DNA of 64,000 nt from Methanotrichaceae archaeon (lineage in GTDB: Archaea > Halobacteriota > Methanosarcinia > Methanotrichales > Methanotrichaceae), in the NCBI GenBank assembly GCA_963748825.1, contig CAVVKN010000002.1:96001-160000 (forward strand). Direction: 5' to 3'. This document shows positions 10,606 to 20,174 of the stretch, one piece after another (the stretch's first letter is position 1; the number at the start of each line of letters is the position of its first letter). A program made the translations under genes and the position numbers. Under the pieces are notes generated by a model. That model saw only the letters and a program-made list of their open reading frames with translations, was not told the DNA's origin and did no database searches.

Positions 10606-11724
10606 TTGAACCAATTCAAAATATGGTTTCGCTACAACAACAAGAACTCCTACAGCATTGCTGCCCTGATGCCGCTCGTCGAGGCAGGCATAGCACGGGA
10701 GCCGAAGGACGGCATCATGCTCTACAGTTTCGCCACTGCCCAGGCGGCGGAGGTCTACAGCGAGGTCAGCCGCGCGGTGGTGGATGCCGTCTACATCGCC
10801 GGCGGCCCACATCCTTCTGCTCTGCCCGAGCAGGTTCTGGAGCACTTCGACTTCGTGGTGATAGGAGAGGGAGAGGAAACGCTTCCGGAATTGATAGAGG
10901 CAATAGAAAACGGTCGGGACCCGGCCTCGGTTAAGGGCATAGCCTACAAATGCCAGGGACAGGTTTTATTCACGGAAAAGAGGGCCCCGGTAGATCTGGA
11001 CTCTTATCCGCCCTTCGCCAAGATCCTGGCCCCGATCGAGATCTCTCGCGGCTGCCCCTGGGGCTGCACTTACTGCCAGACGCCGCGCCTCTTCGGCTCT
11101 TGCATGCGCCACAGATCGATCCCTGTCATCGCCAAGTACGCCCGCTACCACAAGGATATCCGCTTCACCTCCCCCAACTCGCTGGCCTACGGCTCAGACG
11201 GCCGCAGGCCAAGGCTGGAGAAGGTCGAGGCACTGCTCAAGGTTCTGGCCGAGCAAAAAAAGCCCATCTACTTCGGAACATTTCCCTCCGAGGTCCGGCC
11301 GGAGTTCGTCACCCCAGCGGCCCTGGAGCTTGTCGTCAAATACTGTGCCAATAAGAGCCTCAGCCTGGGCGGTCAGTCCGGCAGCCCGGCAGTGCTGCGC
11401 AGCATCGGTCGGGGCCACGGGCGCGGTGAGATCGAGGCAGCTTGTGAACTGGCCCTGGATTATGGTCTAACTCCGCAGGTGGATCTGATCTTCGGCCTTC
11501 CAACGGAGTCAGAGGAGGATCAGCGCATGACCCTCGACCTGGTAAGATGGATCGCGGCCAAGGGCGGCAAAGTGCGGGCGCATCGCTTCATGCCCCTGCC
11601 GGGAACGCCCCTGGCGGAAACGCGGCCCGCGCCTCTGGCAGATGACGTGGAGGCGTGCCTGGGCAAGATGGCCCTGGAGGGACGCCTGACAGGCACCTGG
11701 TCGGCCGGGACCAGGACCGATTGA
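10606..11724 (+). CDS. B12-binding domain/radical SAM protein (TIGR04013/MJ1487-like)
   Basis: YSFAT, AGGPHPS and VVIGEGEETL cobalamin-domain motifs; EISRGCPWGCTYCQTP CX3CX2C. Confidence 0.88.
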   Translation: MNQFKIWFRYNNKNSYSIAALMPLVEAGIAREPKDGIMLYSFATAQAAEVYSEVSRAVVDAVYIAGGPHPSALPEQVLEHFDFVVIGEGEETLPELIEAIENGRDPASVKGIAYKCQGQVLFTEKRAPVDLDSYPPFAKILAPIEISRGCPWGCTYCQTPRLFGSCMRHRSIPVIAKYARYHKDIRFTSPNSLAYGSDGRRPRLEKVEALLKVLAEQKKPIYFGTFPSEVRPEFVTPAALELVVKYCANKSLSLGGQSGSPAVLRSIGRGHGRGEIEAACELALDYGLTPQVDLIFGLPTESEEDQRMTLDLVRWIAAKGGKVRAHRFMPLPGTPLAETRPAPLADDVEACLGKMALEGRLTGTWSAGTRTD

Positions 11725-11726
11725 CA

Positions 11727-12062
11727 TCAATGGTAGAATTGCTTGAAAGGTTTTTTGTACTCGTCCTGTAGCTCGTATTTTATTACCATCTTATCGGGCA
11801 TGACTTGAATCTCTCGTACCGATTGGGTAAAGAGGTACCAGATAAAGCCTCTGTCCGGGAGCCTGTATCTATCCGGCAAGGTAGTGGTGAACTCACAGGT
11901 GCCCATGATGTAAGTTCTGAGCATCTCGCTTCCTGAGGCAAAGAGGAAGGGAAAGCTTACGTTTTCAATCTCTCGCTGGCAGTAGCCCTGCAGGCGCAGG
12001 CGCTGGGCCAGGAACACCAGGTAATCTTCTTTGGTTACCACCAGCTCTCTGTACTCGCTCAT
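11727..12062 (-). CDS. Hypothetical protein (111 aa)
   Basis: ATG at 12062 preceded by a GGGGTGA RBS; lies directly downstream of the mmp10 homologue on the same strand. Confidence 0.75.
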   Translation of the reverse strand: MSEYRELVVTKEDYLVFLAQRLRLQGYCQREIENVSFPFLFASGSEMLRTYIMGTCEFTTTLPDRYRLPDRGFIWYLFTQSVREIQVMPDKMVIKYELQDEYKKPFKQFYH

Positions 12063-12123
12063 TGCATTCACCCCTGATAAACTGGCAGAGGGTGAGATAA
12101 AAGTTATCGTCGCAGACAAGAGG

Positions 12124-13476
12124 CTAAACTATCAGCTCGATTCTCTCATATTCGCTTGCCTGGGCCGCTCTGTCCCGGCTGGATGACTGAGAATGAAAGT
12201 GCTCGCTGGATAAGCAGCCTTCCTGGATGTGCTTTTTGCCTGCATAAAACTCTGGGATGATAGACCCGAGGTCATTGATCTGCGTAATTAAGCCTGTGAA
12301 AGCCTCGATCTCCTTTTCCAGCACCTCTTCAAGCGTATTGTAAATGCTTCGTTCCGATACAACCGTAAGTTCATCAGGGCCTCGGAAGACCAATCTTCTC
12401 TTGCCGTCTCGCCGTAAGGCTCTGTGAATATCTCTATCATGAGCCAGCACCATGCCGGGTATAATCACTCTTTCTTTAACATTTTTCAGTGCAAGCTTCT
12501 CAAAGTCTTCCAGGGTGATCAGATTGCCGATCTCCTTTTCTGTGGTCACCACATTTACCTCGTCTCCCAGTTCTTTGAATATCGATGATAAGAGGGGATA
12601 GGCTACGGAGCTGGTAATAATAGTCGCGCTCTTTTCTATGGCAGGAAGCCTCCGGAGCTCCTTCTTGTGATGGGCCAGGGCAAAGGGCGCTCCTGTGAGG
12701 GGATCCCAGAGCGGGGTGCCGATAACCCTCATGTCATAGTTTTCGCTGATTTTCGTCGCGATGCGGCGAATATCCTCCACGTCGTAGGGTGTTACATCCG
12801 GCATTATCGGCTCGTTACCGAAGATGAGACCCTGCTCTCGACTATTGGCAAACGACATGAGCATGAGGCCCTTGGCACCCATGTCCTGCAGATCCCGGCA
12901 GGTCTTCTCCAGCTCAAGGCCATCATTTACTCCGGGAATGAGGACGATCATGGCGTAGAGTTCAGATCTCTCGCAGAAAGTTCTAAAATTGTGGAGCACG
13001 ATCTCCGGATGCTTATCATTTACATACTTTCGGCGAAGATTTGGATTTGTGGAGAAGACAGAGAAGCTTATCCTCTGTACGCCGGCATCGATTAGGAGGT
13101 CTGCATCATCTTCTTTTGTAAATCCTTTTCCGCTGGTGTAATCTAAAAATACCGGCACACTGCCGTTGCTTACCGTCCTCACCAGATTGAGAAGATGTGG
13201 GTAGCAGCTTATATCGCCGTTTCCCTTGACGGTGATCATCTCCGGCGTAGAAGAGACGCTTTTTTGGGAGACCTCGAAGATCAGTTGATCCAGGGGCTTA
13301 TAGCCTGGTTCGATCTCTATTACCTCTCTCGAGCAGTAATCGCAACCTTTTTTATAGGGGCTGCATCGCCTGCATCCAGATGGTTCTACTCCTTTTACAC
13401 CTATAAAATAACAAAAGCTGCAGAAACCTCTGCAATCCAGACCGGGCCTGCCACCTACATCCACAGTCACTTGCAT
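12124..13476 (-). CDS. mmp10: Methanogenesis marker protein 10 family cobalamin-dependent radical SAM methyltransferase (divergent copy)
   Basis: VDVGGRPGLDCRGFCSFCYF, second Cys cluster CRRC..CDYC, DYTSGKGF, PGVNDG, GTPLWDPLTGAPFA and RRDG..RGP motifs are collinear with Mmp10. GTG 13482 is an alternative start. Confidence 0.85.
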   Translation of the reverse strand: MQVTVDVGGRPGLDCRGFCSFCYFIGVKGVEPSGCRRCSPYKKGCDYCSREVIEIEPGYKPLDQLIFEVSQKSVSSTPEMITVKGNGDISCYPHLLNLVRTVSNGSVPVFLDYTSGKGFTKEDDADLLIDAGVQRISFSVFSTNPNLRRKYVNDKHPEIVLHNFRTFCERSELYAMIVLIPGVNDGLELEKTCRDLQDMGAKGLMLMSFANSREQGLIFGNEPIMPDVTPYDVEDIRRIATKISENYDMRVIGTPLWDPLTGAPFALAHHKKELRRLPAIEKSATIITSSVAYPLLSSIFKELGDEVNVVTTEKEIGNLITLEDFEKLALKNVKERVIIPGMVLAHDRDIHRALRRDGKRRLVFRGPDELTVVSERSIYNTLEEVLEKEIEAFTGLITQINDLGSIIPEFYAGKKHIQEGCLSSEHFHSQSSSRDRAAQASEYERIELIV

Positions 13477-13616
13477 AGTCACGGATCATTCGTAAGGTAT
13501 TTAAATCTTACTAAAAATTATTTAACTGATTAAAATTATTATAAAAAAGTTTATTAATAATTGTTAAGATATTCACTTAATATATGTGGTTATAGCGTTC
13601 AGGGATGCGCCATCCG

Positions 13617-14288
13617 TCATGGATGCAATGGGATACCGCTGTCCAGCAGCTTTCTTGCCAGGCAAAGCTCTGCCAGGCTCATCTGCCCAGGTGCCGTGCT
13701 CTGTGTGATAAAGCCGTAGGTAAGGGCCGAGCCGTAGAGCGGCGCTACGGCGCGCAGATGTCTGCCCACCTGGCCCATGGCAATCATGCAAAGGGGCATA
13801 TCTGCATCCAGCAAAAACTGCAAGATCCTCAAATTATCATGGAGGCTTTTGGGCGTCACGGCGATCTTGGCAATGGCAGCTTTTGTCTTCTTCATCTCCT
13901 CGTAGATGCCGGCCAATTCCAATTCATTCGGCGTGCCCTGAAAGTCGTGGTAGGATACTATTACCGGTTTTTTTATCCTGGCAATGGCATTATCTCTTTG
14001 ATCCGCTAAGAGCTCCACATCCACGTAGTCGGCATAGTAGGCGGCCTTGATGAGCAGGTCAATTCTCTCTCTTTCGCTGCCCTGAAACATTCCGCCCTCC
14101 GTCTTGAGACGAGCCGTGGCGATGATCGGCTTGGCAGTGGACTTTCGGACGGCCCTTATGGTTTGAAGGGGATCGCCACCGGTAAGCAGGTCCAGTCGCA
14201 GCTCGATCATATCCGCATCGCCGGCGGCCTGAACATCTTTTTCCGCATCCTTTCCCAGGACGGCTACTATGCGCGGCTTGTGATTCAT
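13617..14288 (-). CDS. aroD: Type I 3-dehydroquinate dehydratase
   Basis: DMIELRLD, IVSYHDFQGTP, IAKIAV, IAMG and TAPGQ motifs. Confidence 0.93.
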   Translation of the reverse strand: MNHKPRIVAVLGKDAEKDVQAAGDADMIELRLDLLTGGDPLQTIRAVRKSTAKPIIATARLKTEGGMFQGSERERIDLLIKAAYYADYVDVELLADQRDNAIARIKKPVIVSYHDFQGTPNELELAGIYEEMKKTKAAIAKIAVTPKSLHDNLRILQFLLDADMPLCMIAMGQVGRHLRAVAPLYGSALTYGFITQSTAPGQMSLAELCLARKLLDSGIPLHP

Positions 14289-14292
14289 GGAT

Positions 14293-15414
14293 TTATTGCT
14301 CCACAATGCTCTCCTCGATCTTCATGCCGAAGTGGCGGGCCATCTCTTCCAGGTGCACCAGCACCTCGTCCCCGGCTTTGAGATCGGTCACCGGCCTGGG
14401 CATTCCATCGGAGCCGACCAGTTTTATGGTCTCGGCATTTTGCAGCAGAGTGCTTATCCTCTGGCCATTGGCCTCCGCCTCGATGAGGATCATGGGCCTC
14501 TTCTCGATCTTGGCGCGGCCAACTATGGCCGTTCTGGCAAGGCCCTCCTTGCTGACGATGGTAACTTCATCTCCCGATTTTAGCTCGGAGAGGTAGCGCG
14601 TCTTCTCTCCCACCCGGATGTAAGCATGCACCGCACCGGCATTTACCCGGAAGGGCCGCGCTGCCACGTAGGGGCTGTCTTCAGACTCGCTGTGAACCAG
14701 GAAGAATCCTTTGGCCTGGGAGCCGATGAGCATGCCCTCCCCAAAAGACATCATGCTGGCGGTGTCCACGCAGACCCGATCGCCCATGCCCACAGCTTTT
14801 ACAGCGGTGACCTTGGCTGAAATTAGCTCTATCCTGCTTTTTTCCGACTGCTCTACTGCGTCCATGACCCTCTTGATCTCGGAGGGGTCTGTGCTGTCCA
14901 GCAGCACTCCATCGGCGCCCTTTTCCAGAGTCGCCAATGCGAGGCGCGCCTCTTCTACCGTCTTGACGCCGCTGATGATCTTAACTTGCGCACCCTGCAG
15001 TCCAGCAATCATGTTCTCCAGGGGAATGACCTTCCAGTCCGTGCCGATGACGAGAAGATAATCTACAATCCTGCCCATCTCCACGGCGAACTCTTCATAC
15101 TTCTTGTTGGCAATGACCACATACGCAGCCTTTGTCCCAGAAACGGTCTTGGCGATAGCCCCGTCCATGGAGCTGCTCGGGTCTTTGGGTAGCTCTACAG
15201 TTCCATCGCCTTCGCCGCTCTTGCCTACAACTAAAATATCCTCAGTCCCTCTCTCTACACCAAAACAGGCCACCTTGATCTTGCCCAGTTCTCGCACGTG
15301 CTCGATATTCTCTCTGTCCACGAGCACGCAGTCGAAGCCCGATTCGAGAGCGGTGGTGATCCTGGGCTTGATCTCCTGCCACGACCCTTCGGCCATGAGC
15401 CACTTCTCTTTCAT
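14293..15414 (-). CDS. 3-dehydroquinate synthase II (archaeal AroB')
   Basis: DWKVIPLENMIA, GDRVCVDT, PFRVNAGAVHAY, LQNAETIKL and RHFG motifs. Confidence 0.95.
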   Translation of the reverse strand: MKEKWLMAEGSWQEIKPRITTALESGFDCVLVDRENIEHVRELGKIKVACFGVERGTEDILVVGKSGEGDGTVELPKDPSSSMDGAIAKTVSGTKAAYVVIANKKYEEFAVEMGRIVDYLLVIGTDWKVIPLENMIAGLQGAQVKIISGVKTVEEARLALATLEKGADGVLLDSTDPSEIKRVMDAVEQSEKSRIELISAKVTAVKAVGMGDRVCVDTASMMSFGEGMLIGSQAKGFFLVHSESEDSPYVAARPFRVNAGAVHAYIRVGEKTRYLSELKSGDEVTIVSKEGLARTAIVGRAKIEKRPMILIEAEANGQRISTLLQNAETIKLVGSDGMPRPVTDLKAGDEVLVHLEEMARHFGMKIEESIVEQ

Positions 15415-15495
15415 GTGTTACACCTTAACATACCATTACTAATTTCTTTTGCCGGCCAAGCTTAAAAATTTATACACGGAGAAAAGAATGAGCCT

Positions 15496-16203
15496 ATGGG
15501 AAATCGGTTGGTTTATAGCCCTGTAAGCTTGCTTCTTATGCTCATATTTGCATTTTTGCTCTTCTTTGTGGTTGGCTTTCTCTTTCTGGACCTGGCCAGG
15601 ACGGCTTTTACCAAGATCGGTTTTTCCTGGGGCCAGGCTTTATTTGTGCTGCTGGCATCACTCTTGGGCAGCAGCGTAAACATACCTGTAACCAACCTGG
15701 AGTGCAGCGCTCCCCTGGTGCGGGAGAGGTATGTGCGGGCCTTCGGCATAGCTTACCGGGTGCCTGTGGTGGAAGTTGTGAGCTGCAACACTCTGCTGGC
15801 CGTCAACCTGGGCGGAGCTGTGATACCATCGCTGATCTCCACGGCGCTGATCTACCGGTTCCCCGAGTCTCTGAATTATGCCCTTATCGGAATTGCTTTT
15901 GTTGCCATCATAACAAATCGTGTAGCTAGGCCTGTAAAGGGTCTGGGAATTGTCACTCCTGCTCTTCTTCCACCTCTCAGTGCGGCAATAGCCGCGATCC
16001 TGCTGGTCTATGTAGGAGGAGCCCCGCATGATCTCATCTTTCTCATCGCCTATGTGAGTGGAACTCTGGGTACGCTCATTGGCGCAGATATCTTGAACCT
16101 GAACAAGATCAGGGATCTGGGAGCGCCGGTGGCAAGCATTGGTGGAGCCGGAACATTTGACGGCGTCTTCCTATCCGGCCTGATCGCCGTGCTGCTGCTA
16201 TGA
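15496..16203 (+). CDS. DUF1614 membrane protein
   Basis: AVNLGGAVIP, GTLGTLIGADILNL and SIGGAGTFDGVFLSG motifs. Confidence 0.9.
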   Translation: MGNRLVYSPVSLLLMLIFAFLLFFVVGFLFLDLARTAFTKIGFSWGQALFVLLASLLGSSVNIPVTNLECSAPLVRERYVRAFGIAYRVPVVEVVSCNTLLAVNLGGAVIPSLISTALIYRFPESLNYALIGIAFVAIITNRVARPVKGLGIVTPALLPPLSAAIAAILLVYVGGAPHDLIFLIAYVSGTLGTLIGADILNLNKIRDLGAPVASIGGAGTFDGVFLSGLIAVLLL

Positions 16204-16308
16204 AAGCAATTTGCGCAAATTCATGGGTGAAGAAACATGAGTGATAAGGCAAGAGTGGTAAGGAACGAATGGGAAAGAGCTTTAAGATAAACGCTAAGAG
16301 GCTGAAGC

Positions 16309-16558
16309 ATGAGCTTTAGGGGAATCCTCGCGGGTCCGCAGAATGATGGACTGCTAAAAGAGGCGGGCGATCCCAAAGGCTACATCACCCGAGAGCAGGC
16401 CCGCGAGGGCCCCTTCGTGAACATCACCGGCTCCTGCGATCTCGTCCGAGAGAAGCCCGTTATTCGGCTCACCAGGATGATGACGCGCGAGAATCCCATC
16501 TACACGGCCTCTTACAGGCGGGCGGCGAGCATAAGAGGTTCTTGCAGCAGGTTGCCTG
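16309..16558 (+). pseudogene. UbiD-family decarboxylase remnant (internal deletion plus frameshift)
   Basis: An N-terminus-like MSFRG..DGLLKE..DP is joined directly to the catalytic-region GYI..AREGPFVNITGSCDLVREKPVIRLTRMMTRENPIY, which continues in another frame as GLLQAGGEHK. Confidence 0.7.
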
Positions 16559-16592
16559 AATGGCGGGGAGTTTTGAGGGAGAAAAGATTGTC

Positions 16593-17234
16593 ATGATGTG
16601 GCGTTTGGCTTTATTATTGGTTTTGGTTTTGATGCCCGCAGCTTTCGGGCTGCCTGACGAGGCTGTCGGGCGTGTGGTAAGCGTAATCAGCGGCGACTCG
16701 CTGGGCATAGAGATGCTGATTGCCGATGCGAGGACAAACAACATCGATAGCATCAAGCTCGCCGATATCGAAGCGCCCTCAACCGTAACCGCCGAAGGTA
16801 AAGCCGCTCAAAAATACGCCCTTTCTTTGCTGAAGAACAAGACGGTATATCTGGATATCAATGACAACACCACCGGCACACGCAACGAGTGGAGCCAACT
16901 GATCTGTGTCATTTACCTTATGGATTCGGAATTTCGGCCGGTCTGGCCGCCCGTTAACAGAATCCTTGTAGACGGCGGCTATGCCAAGCTAAACGACGAC
17001 ACAAATAATGAATTCAATTCATCTGCCTGGTGGCAGAAGCCTCCGGTATTCCCACCGGGAGAAAAGAGAGATTTGCTAAAAGCGATACTGGAAAAAAGGC
17101 CTCTACCAGAACAGGAGAACCTTGTTGCGCCTTCTTCCTCTCCGGCCGGTGTAATAATGGGCAGTTCCAAGAAGGGCAGCGTTTTGGAGAAGGACAGCGC
17201 ATCCGGGCGCATCAGCATCGGATATCGCAAATAA
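16593..17234 (+). CDS. Secreted thermonuclease (SNase)-fold protein, degenerate active site
   Basis: Signal peptide; GRVVSVISGDS, IKLADIEAP and VNRILVDGGYA. Confidence 0.75.
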   Translation: MMWRLALLLVLVLMPAAFGLPDEAVGRVVSVISGDSLGIEMLIADARTNNIDSIKLADIEAPSTVTAEGKAAQKYALSLLKNKTVYLDINDNTTGTRNEWSQLICVIYLMDSEFRPVWPPVNRILVDGGYAKLNDDTNNEFNSSAWWQKPPVFPPGEKRDLLKAILEKRPLPEQENLVAPSSSPAGVIMGSSKKGSVLEKDSASGRISIGYRK

Positions 17235-17312
17235 TTATCTCGGTAAGATGGTCGGCAAGAGTGTCTGCAGGAGCAAATTATTATTGACGCCTAATTCAAT
17301 CGGTCACTGAAG

Positions 17313-18920
17313 ATGAAGATACGGATCGTCCTGAAAACCCTGGGTTTGCTCGCAGTCTTGCTCGGAATACTCATGGTTATACCCGGGCTGGTTTCGGCCA
17401 TCTACAAAGAGCCCTTGGGCGTAGTGGCATTTGGCTTCAGCTCCTTTGTCGCCATCATAACGGGCTTCATCTTGAAGCATTTTAGCGAAAATTCGACTAT
17501 GGGCCACAGAGAGGCTTTTGCTGCCGTCTCTTTAAGCTGGCTCTTGGCTGCCATGCTGGGCGCTCTACCCTACATATTCCTGGGATTGAGTCCAATGGAT
17601 GCAATCTTCGAATCCATGTCGGGATTCACAACTGCTGGCGCGACAATCCTAAGTGAATATAATTCGCAGGGCTATTGGATTTTAAACAAGGATCTTGTGC
17701 AAGGCAGTCTGGCCTATGCACTGGCTGATCGAGCCGCAAGTTATCTGCTTCATTACTCATCTTCCGACACAATCAGTCTTCACTTCGGCATAACTTTAGA
17801 TCTTAAGGATATGCTTGCCATCAAGGGAACGTATTATGGCCTTCTCTTTTGGAGGTCTTTCACACAGCTCTTGGGCGGTTTAGGGATCGTACTGCTATTC
17901 ATAGCGGTACTGCCTAATCTTGGAGTTGCAGGCAGAGAGCTCTATTCGGTGGAAGGCCTGGGACTCACCAAGGAGGCTCTTACGCCAAGGGTGAAAAACA
18001 CCGCCAAAACCTTCTGGGGCATTTACCTGGGACTGGCAGGTCTTGAAGCTTTACTTTTAGTTGCGGCAGGTTTGCCGTTCTACGACTCTCTTTGCACTGC
18101 ATTTGCCAGCATTGCTACGGGCGGTTTTTCTCCCGTTGCTTACAGCATTGCAAAATACAATAGTGTGTTAGTGGAAGCCATTGTCTGCATATTCCTCTTG
18201 CTGGGCGGCACTAATTTTATTATATACTACCAGATAATACTTAAGAAAAACTTAAAAAATCTTTTCCAAGATTCAGAGTTCAGATTCTACATCCTGATAA
18301 TGAGCATATCAGTATTGATGTTGATGCTCTGGGGCAAAATTCCTGGTGAATTCCCTACCGAGCTTCGTTCCTCCATCTTTCAGGTTATCTCTACCATGAC
18401 CACAACGGGCTTTGTAAACAATTTTGATTATGATGCATGGTCATTAGCCGCAAAGATTACATTGATACTATTGATGCTGATTGGAGGCTGCACCGGATCG
18501 ACCGGGGGCGGAATAAAAGTGGGAAGGGTGCTGATAGTCCTGAAATACACCTACAATGAGCTGATCCGAAGCCTTCACCCTAAGGCTGTGATGGTCATAA
18601 AGATGGGCGATAAGATCGTTAAAGAGAATACCGTCAAATCCGTGCTGCTATTTGTACAACTATACCTTTTGATATTCATTTGCGCAATGCTGGCCTTTGC
18701 TATTACGGAGTCTGCAAATCCTCAGTTCAACGCCTTGTCAGCCATTTCCGCTGCCGCGAGCTGCCTTGGCGTAGTCGGTCCGGGCTTTGGCATTGTGGCA
18801 CTGGACTTTACCGGTATCTCTCAGGCAGGGCGTGCTTTGGGAGTCTTCTGCATGTACATTGGGCGTCTGGAAATCCTTCCTGTGATATTGATGTTCTTGC
18901 CGGAAACCTGGAAAAAATAG
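17313..18920 (+). CDS. trkH: TrkH potassium uptake protein
   Basis: Four pore loops (FESMSGFTTAG, IATGGFS, TMTTTGF, CLGVVGPG), GGCTGSTGGGIK and GRLEI. Confidence 0.93.
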   Translation: MKIRIVLKTLGLLAVLLGILMVIPGLVSAIYKEPLGVVAFGFSSFVAIITGFILKHFSENSTMGHREAFAAVSLSWLLAAMLGALPYIFLGLSPMDAIFESMSGFTTAGATILSEYNSQGYWILNKDLVQGSLAYALADRAASYLLHYSSSDTISLHFGITLDLKDMLAIKGTYYGLLFWRSFTQLLGGLGIVLLFIAVLPNLGVAGRELYSVEGLGLTKEALTPRVKNTAKTFWGIYLGLAGLEALLLVAAGLPFYDSLCTAFASIATGGFSPVAYSIAKYNSVLVEAIVCIFLLLGGTNFIIYYQIILKKNLKNLFQDSEFRFYILIMSISVLMLMLWGKIPGEFPTELRSSIFQVISTMTTTGFVNNFDYDAWSLAAKITLILLMLIGGCTGSTGGGIKVGRVLIVLKYTYNELIRSLHPKAVMVIKMGDKIVKENTVKSVLLFVQLYLLIFICAMLAFAITESANPQFNALSAISAAASCLGVVGPGFGIVALDFTGISQAGRALGVFCMYIGRLEILPVILMFLPETWKK

Positions 18921-19100
18921 GTTTTCAAGACAGATGAATTACAAAAAATTGCATGTTGCCTGTATGGTGATACTGCGAGAAAATATTAGATTAGCAATAA
19001 AGTTAATAAAGCAAAGAGTAATATTCCCTCTAATTCCAAAAGCATGCGAATTAGCTTGTACGGTTATTCTCCCAAAACAAAGCAGAATGAGGGAATGCAT

Positions 19101-20051
19101 ATGGCTCGAAGTTGGATAGTCCCCGTATCGCTGGCTCTTTTTGCATTAGCATTATGGCTTGTTACTTTTTTATATGAAAGTATTCATCTCACACGTACAA
19201 TTATCACTTTAATTGTAGTATTAATAATATATATTGTTTTTAAAATGATCGTTGACGATAGATTCATCAGCAGAGTCTCGTCTTCTGAGAGGAGATACTA
19301 TCTTTCTAAGTCATTGTATTTTATTTATCTAGTAATTAATTTTATCGCTTTATGGATTATCTGGGTGGAAGACCTGCAGACTTTGTTGCTGGGCTTCGGC
19401 CTGGTAGCCGCCGCTTTTACGATCTCGCTGCAGGACGTTGCAAAGAACTTTGTTGGTGGGCTTACCATTTTTTTCAATGGTATCTATCGCGTTGGAGACC
19501 GTATAGAGGTCGGTGCAAAAAAAGGCGATGTGATAGATATAGATCTACTTTATACTACAATTATGGAAATGAGCGAATGGGTCTCTGCTGATCAGCATAC
19601 AGGCAGGATCTCTTCTTTGCCCAACGCCCTGGTTTTATCCAATGCGGTAAATAACTACACCAAAGATTTCCATTTTCTGTGGGATGAGATAACAGTCCCC
19701 ATAAGCTATGGCAGCGATTGGAGGGCAGCCCAATCTTTGATCATGGATGTCGTTGCACAAGAAACCCACATGGTGAAAGATATTGCCGAAGAAGAAATAT
19801 CTCATATGGAACGAAAATACTATCTCTCAAAGGGTTCGACAGACCCGGAGATCTTTCTTAAACTTACTGACAATTGGATCGAGCTGACAGCCCGATATGT
19901 GACTCCCGTGAGACAGAGAAGGATGATACGAAACAAAGTGAGCCACAGGATTCTGGAAGAAATCGAGAAATCTGAAGGAATAAAGGTAGCTTCCCAGACC
20001 ATAGATATCGTTGGTTTTCCTGAAATCAGTTTGAAAAAGGATGATATTTAA
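19101..20051 (+). CDS. Small-conductance mechanosensitive channel (MscS family)
   Basis: TM helices, then YRVGDRIEVG..GDVIDI, TGRISSLPN and NYTKDFHFLWDEI. Confidence 0.9.
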   Translation: MARSWIVPVSLALFALALWLVTFLYESIHLTRTIITLIVVLIIYIVFKMIVDDRFISRVSSSERRYYLSKSLYFIYLVINFIALWIIWVEDLQTLLLGFGLVAAAFTISLQDVAKNFVGGLTIFFNGIYRVGDRIEVGAKKGDVIDIDLLYTTIMEMSEWVSADQHTGRISSLPNALVLSNAVNNYTKDFHFLWDEITVPISYGSDWRAAQSLIMDVVAQETHMVKDIAEEEISHMERKYYLSKGSTDPEIFLKLTDNWIELTARYVTPVRQRRMIRNKVSHRILEEIEKSEGIKVASQTIDIVGFPEISLKKDDI

Positions 20052-20174
20052 CGTCATTTACACCCGTATGTGGTTGTAATTTTTTTTTGCTAATCGATTC
20101 TCATAATGCATATCATCTGCCATGTATGAACATTTCCCAATGGGTGTTTTTTTGGGGGGAAAAATAGAAGTAAA

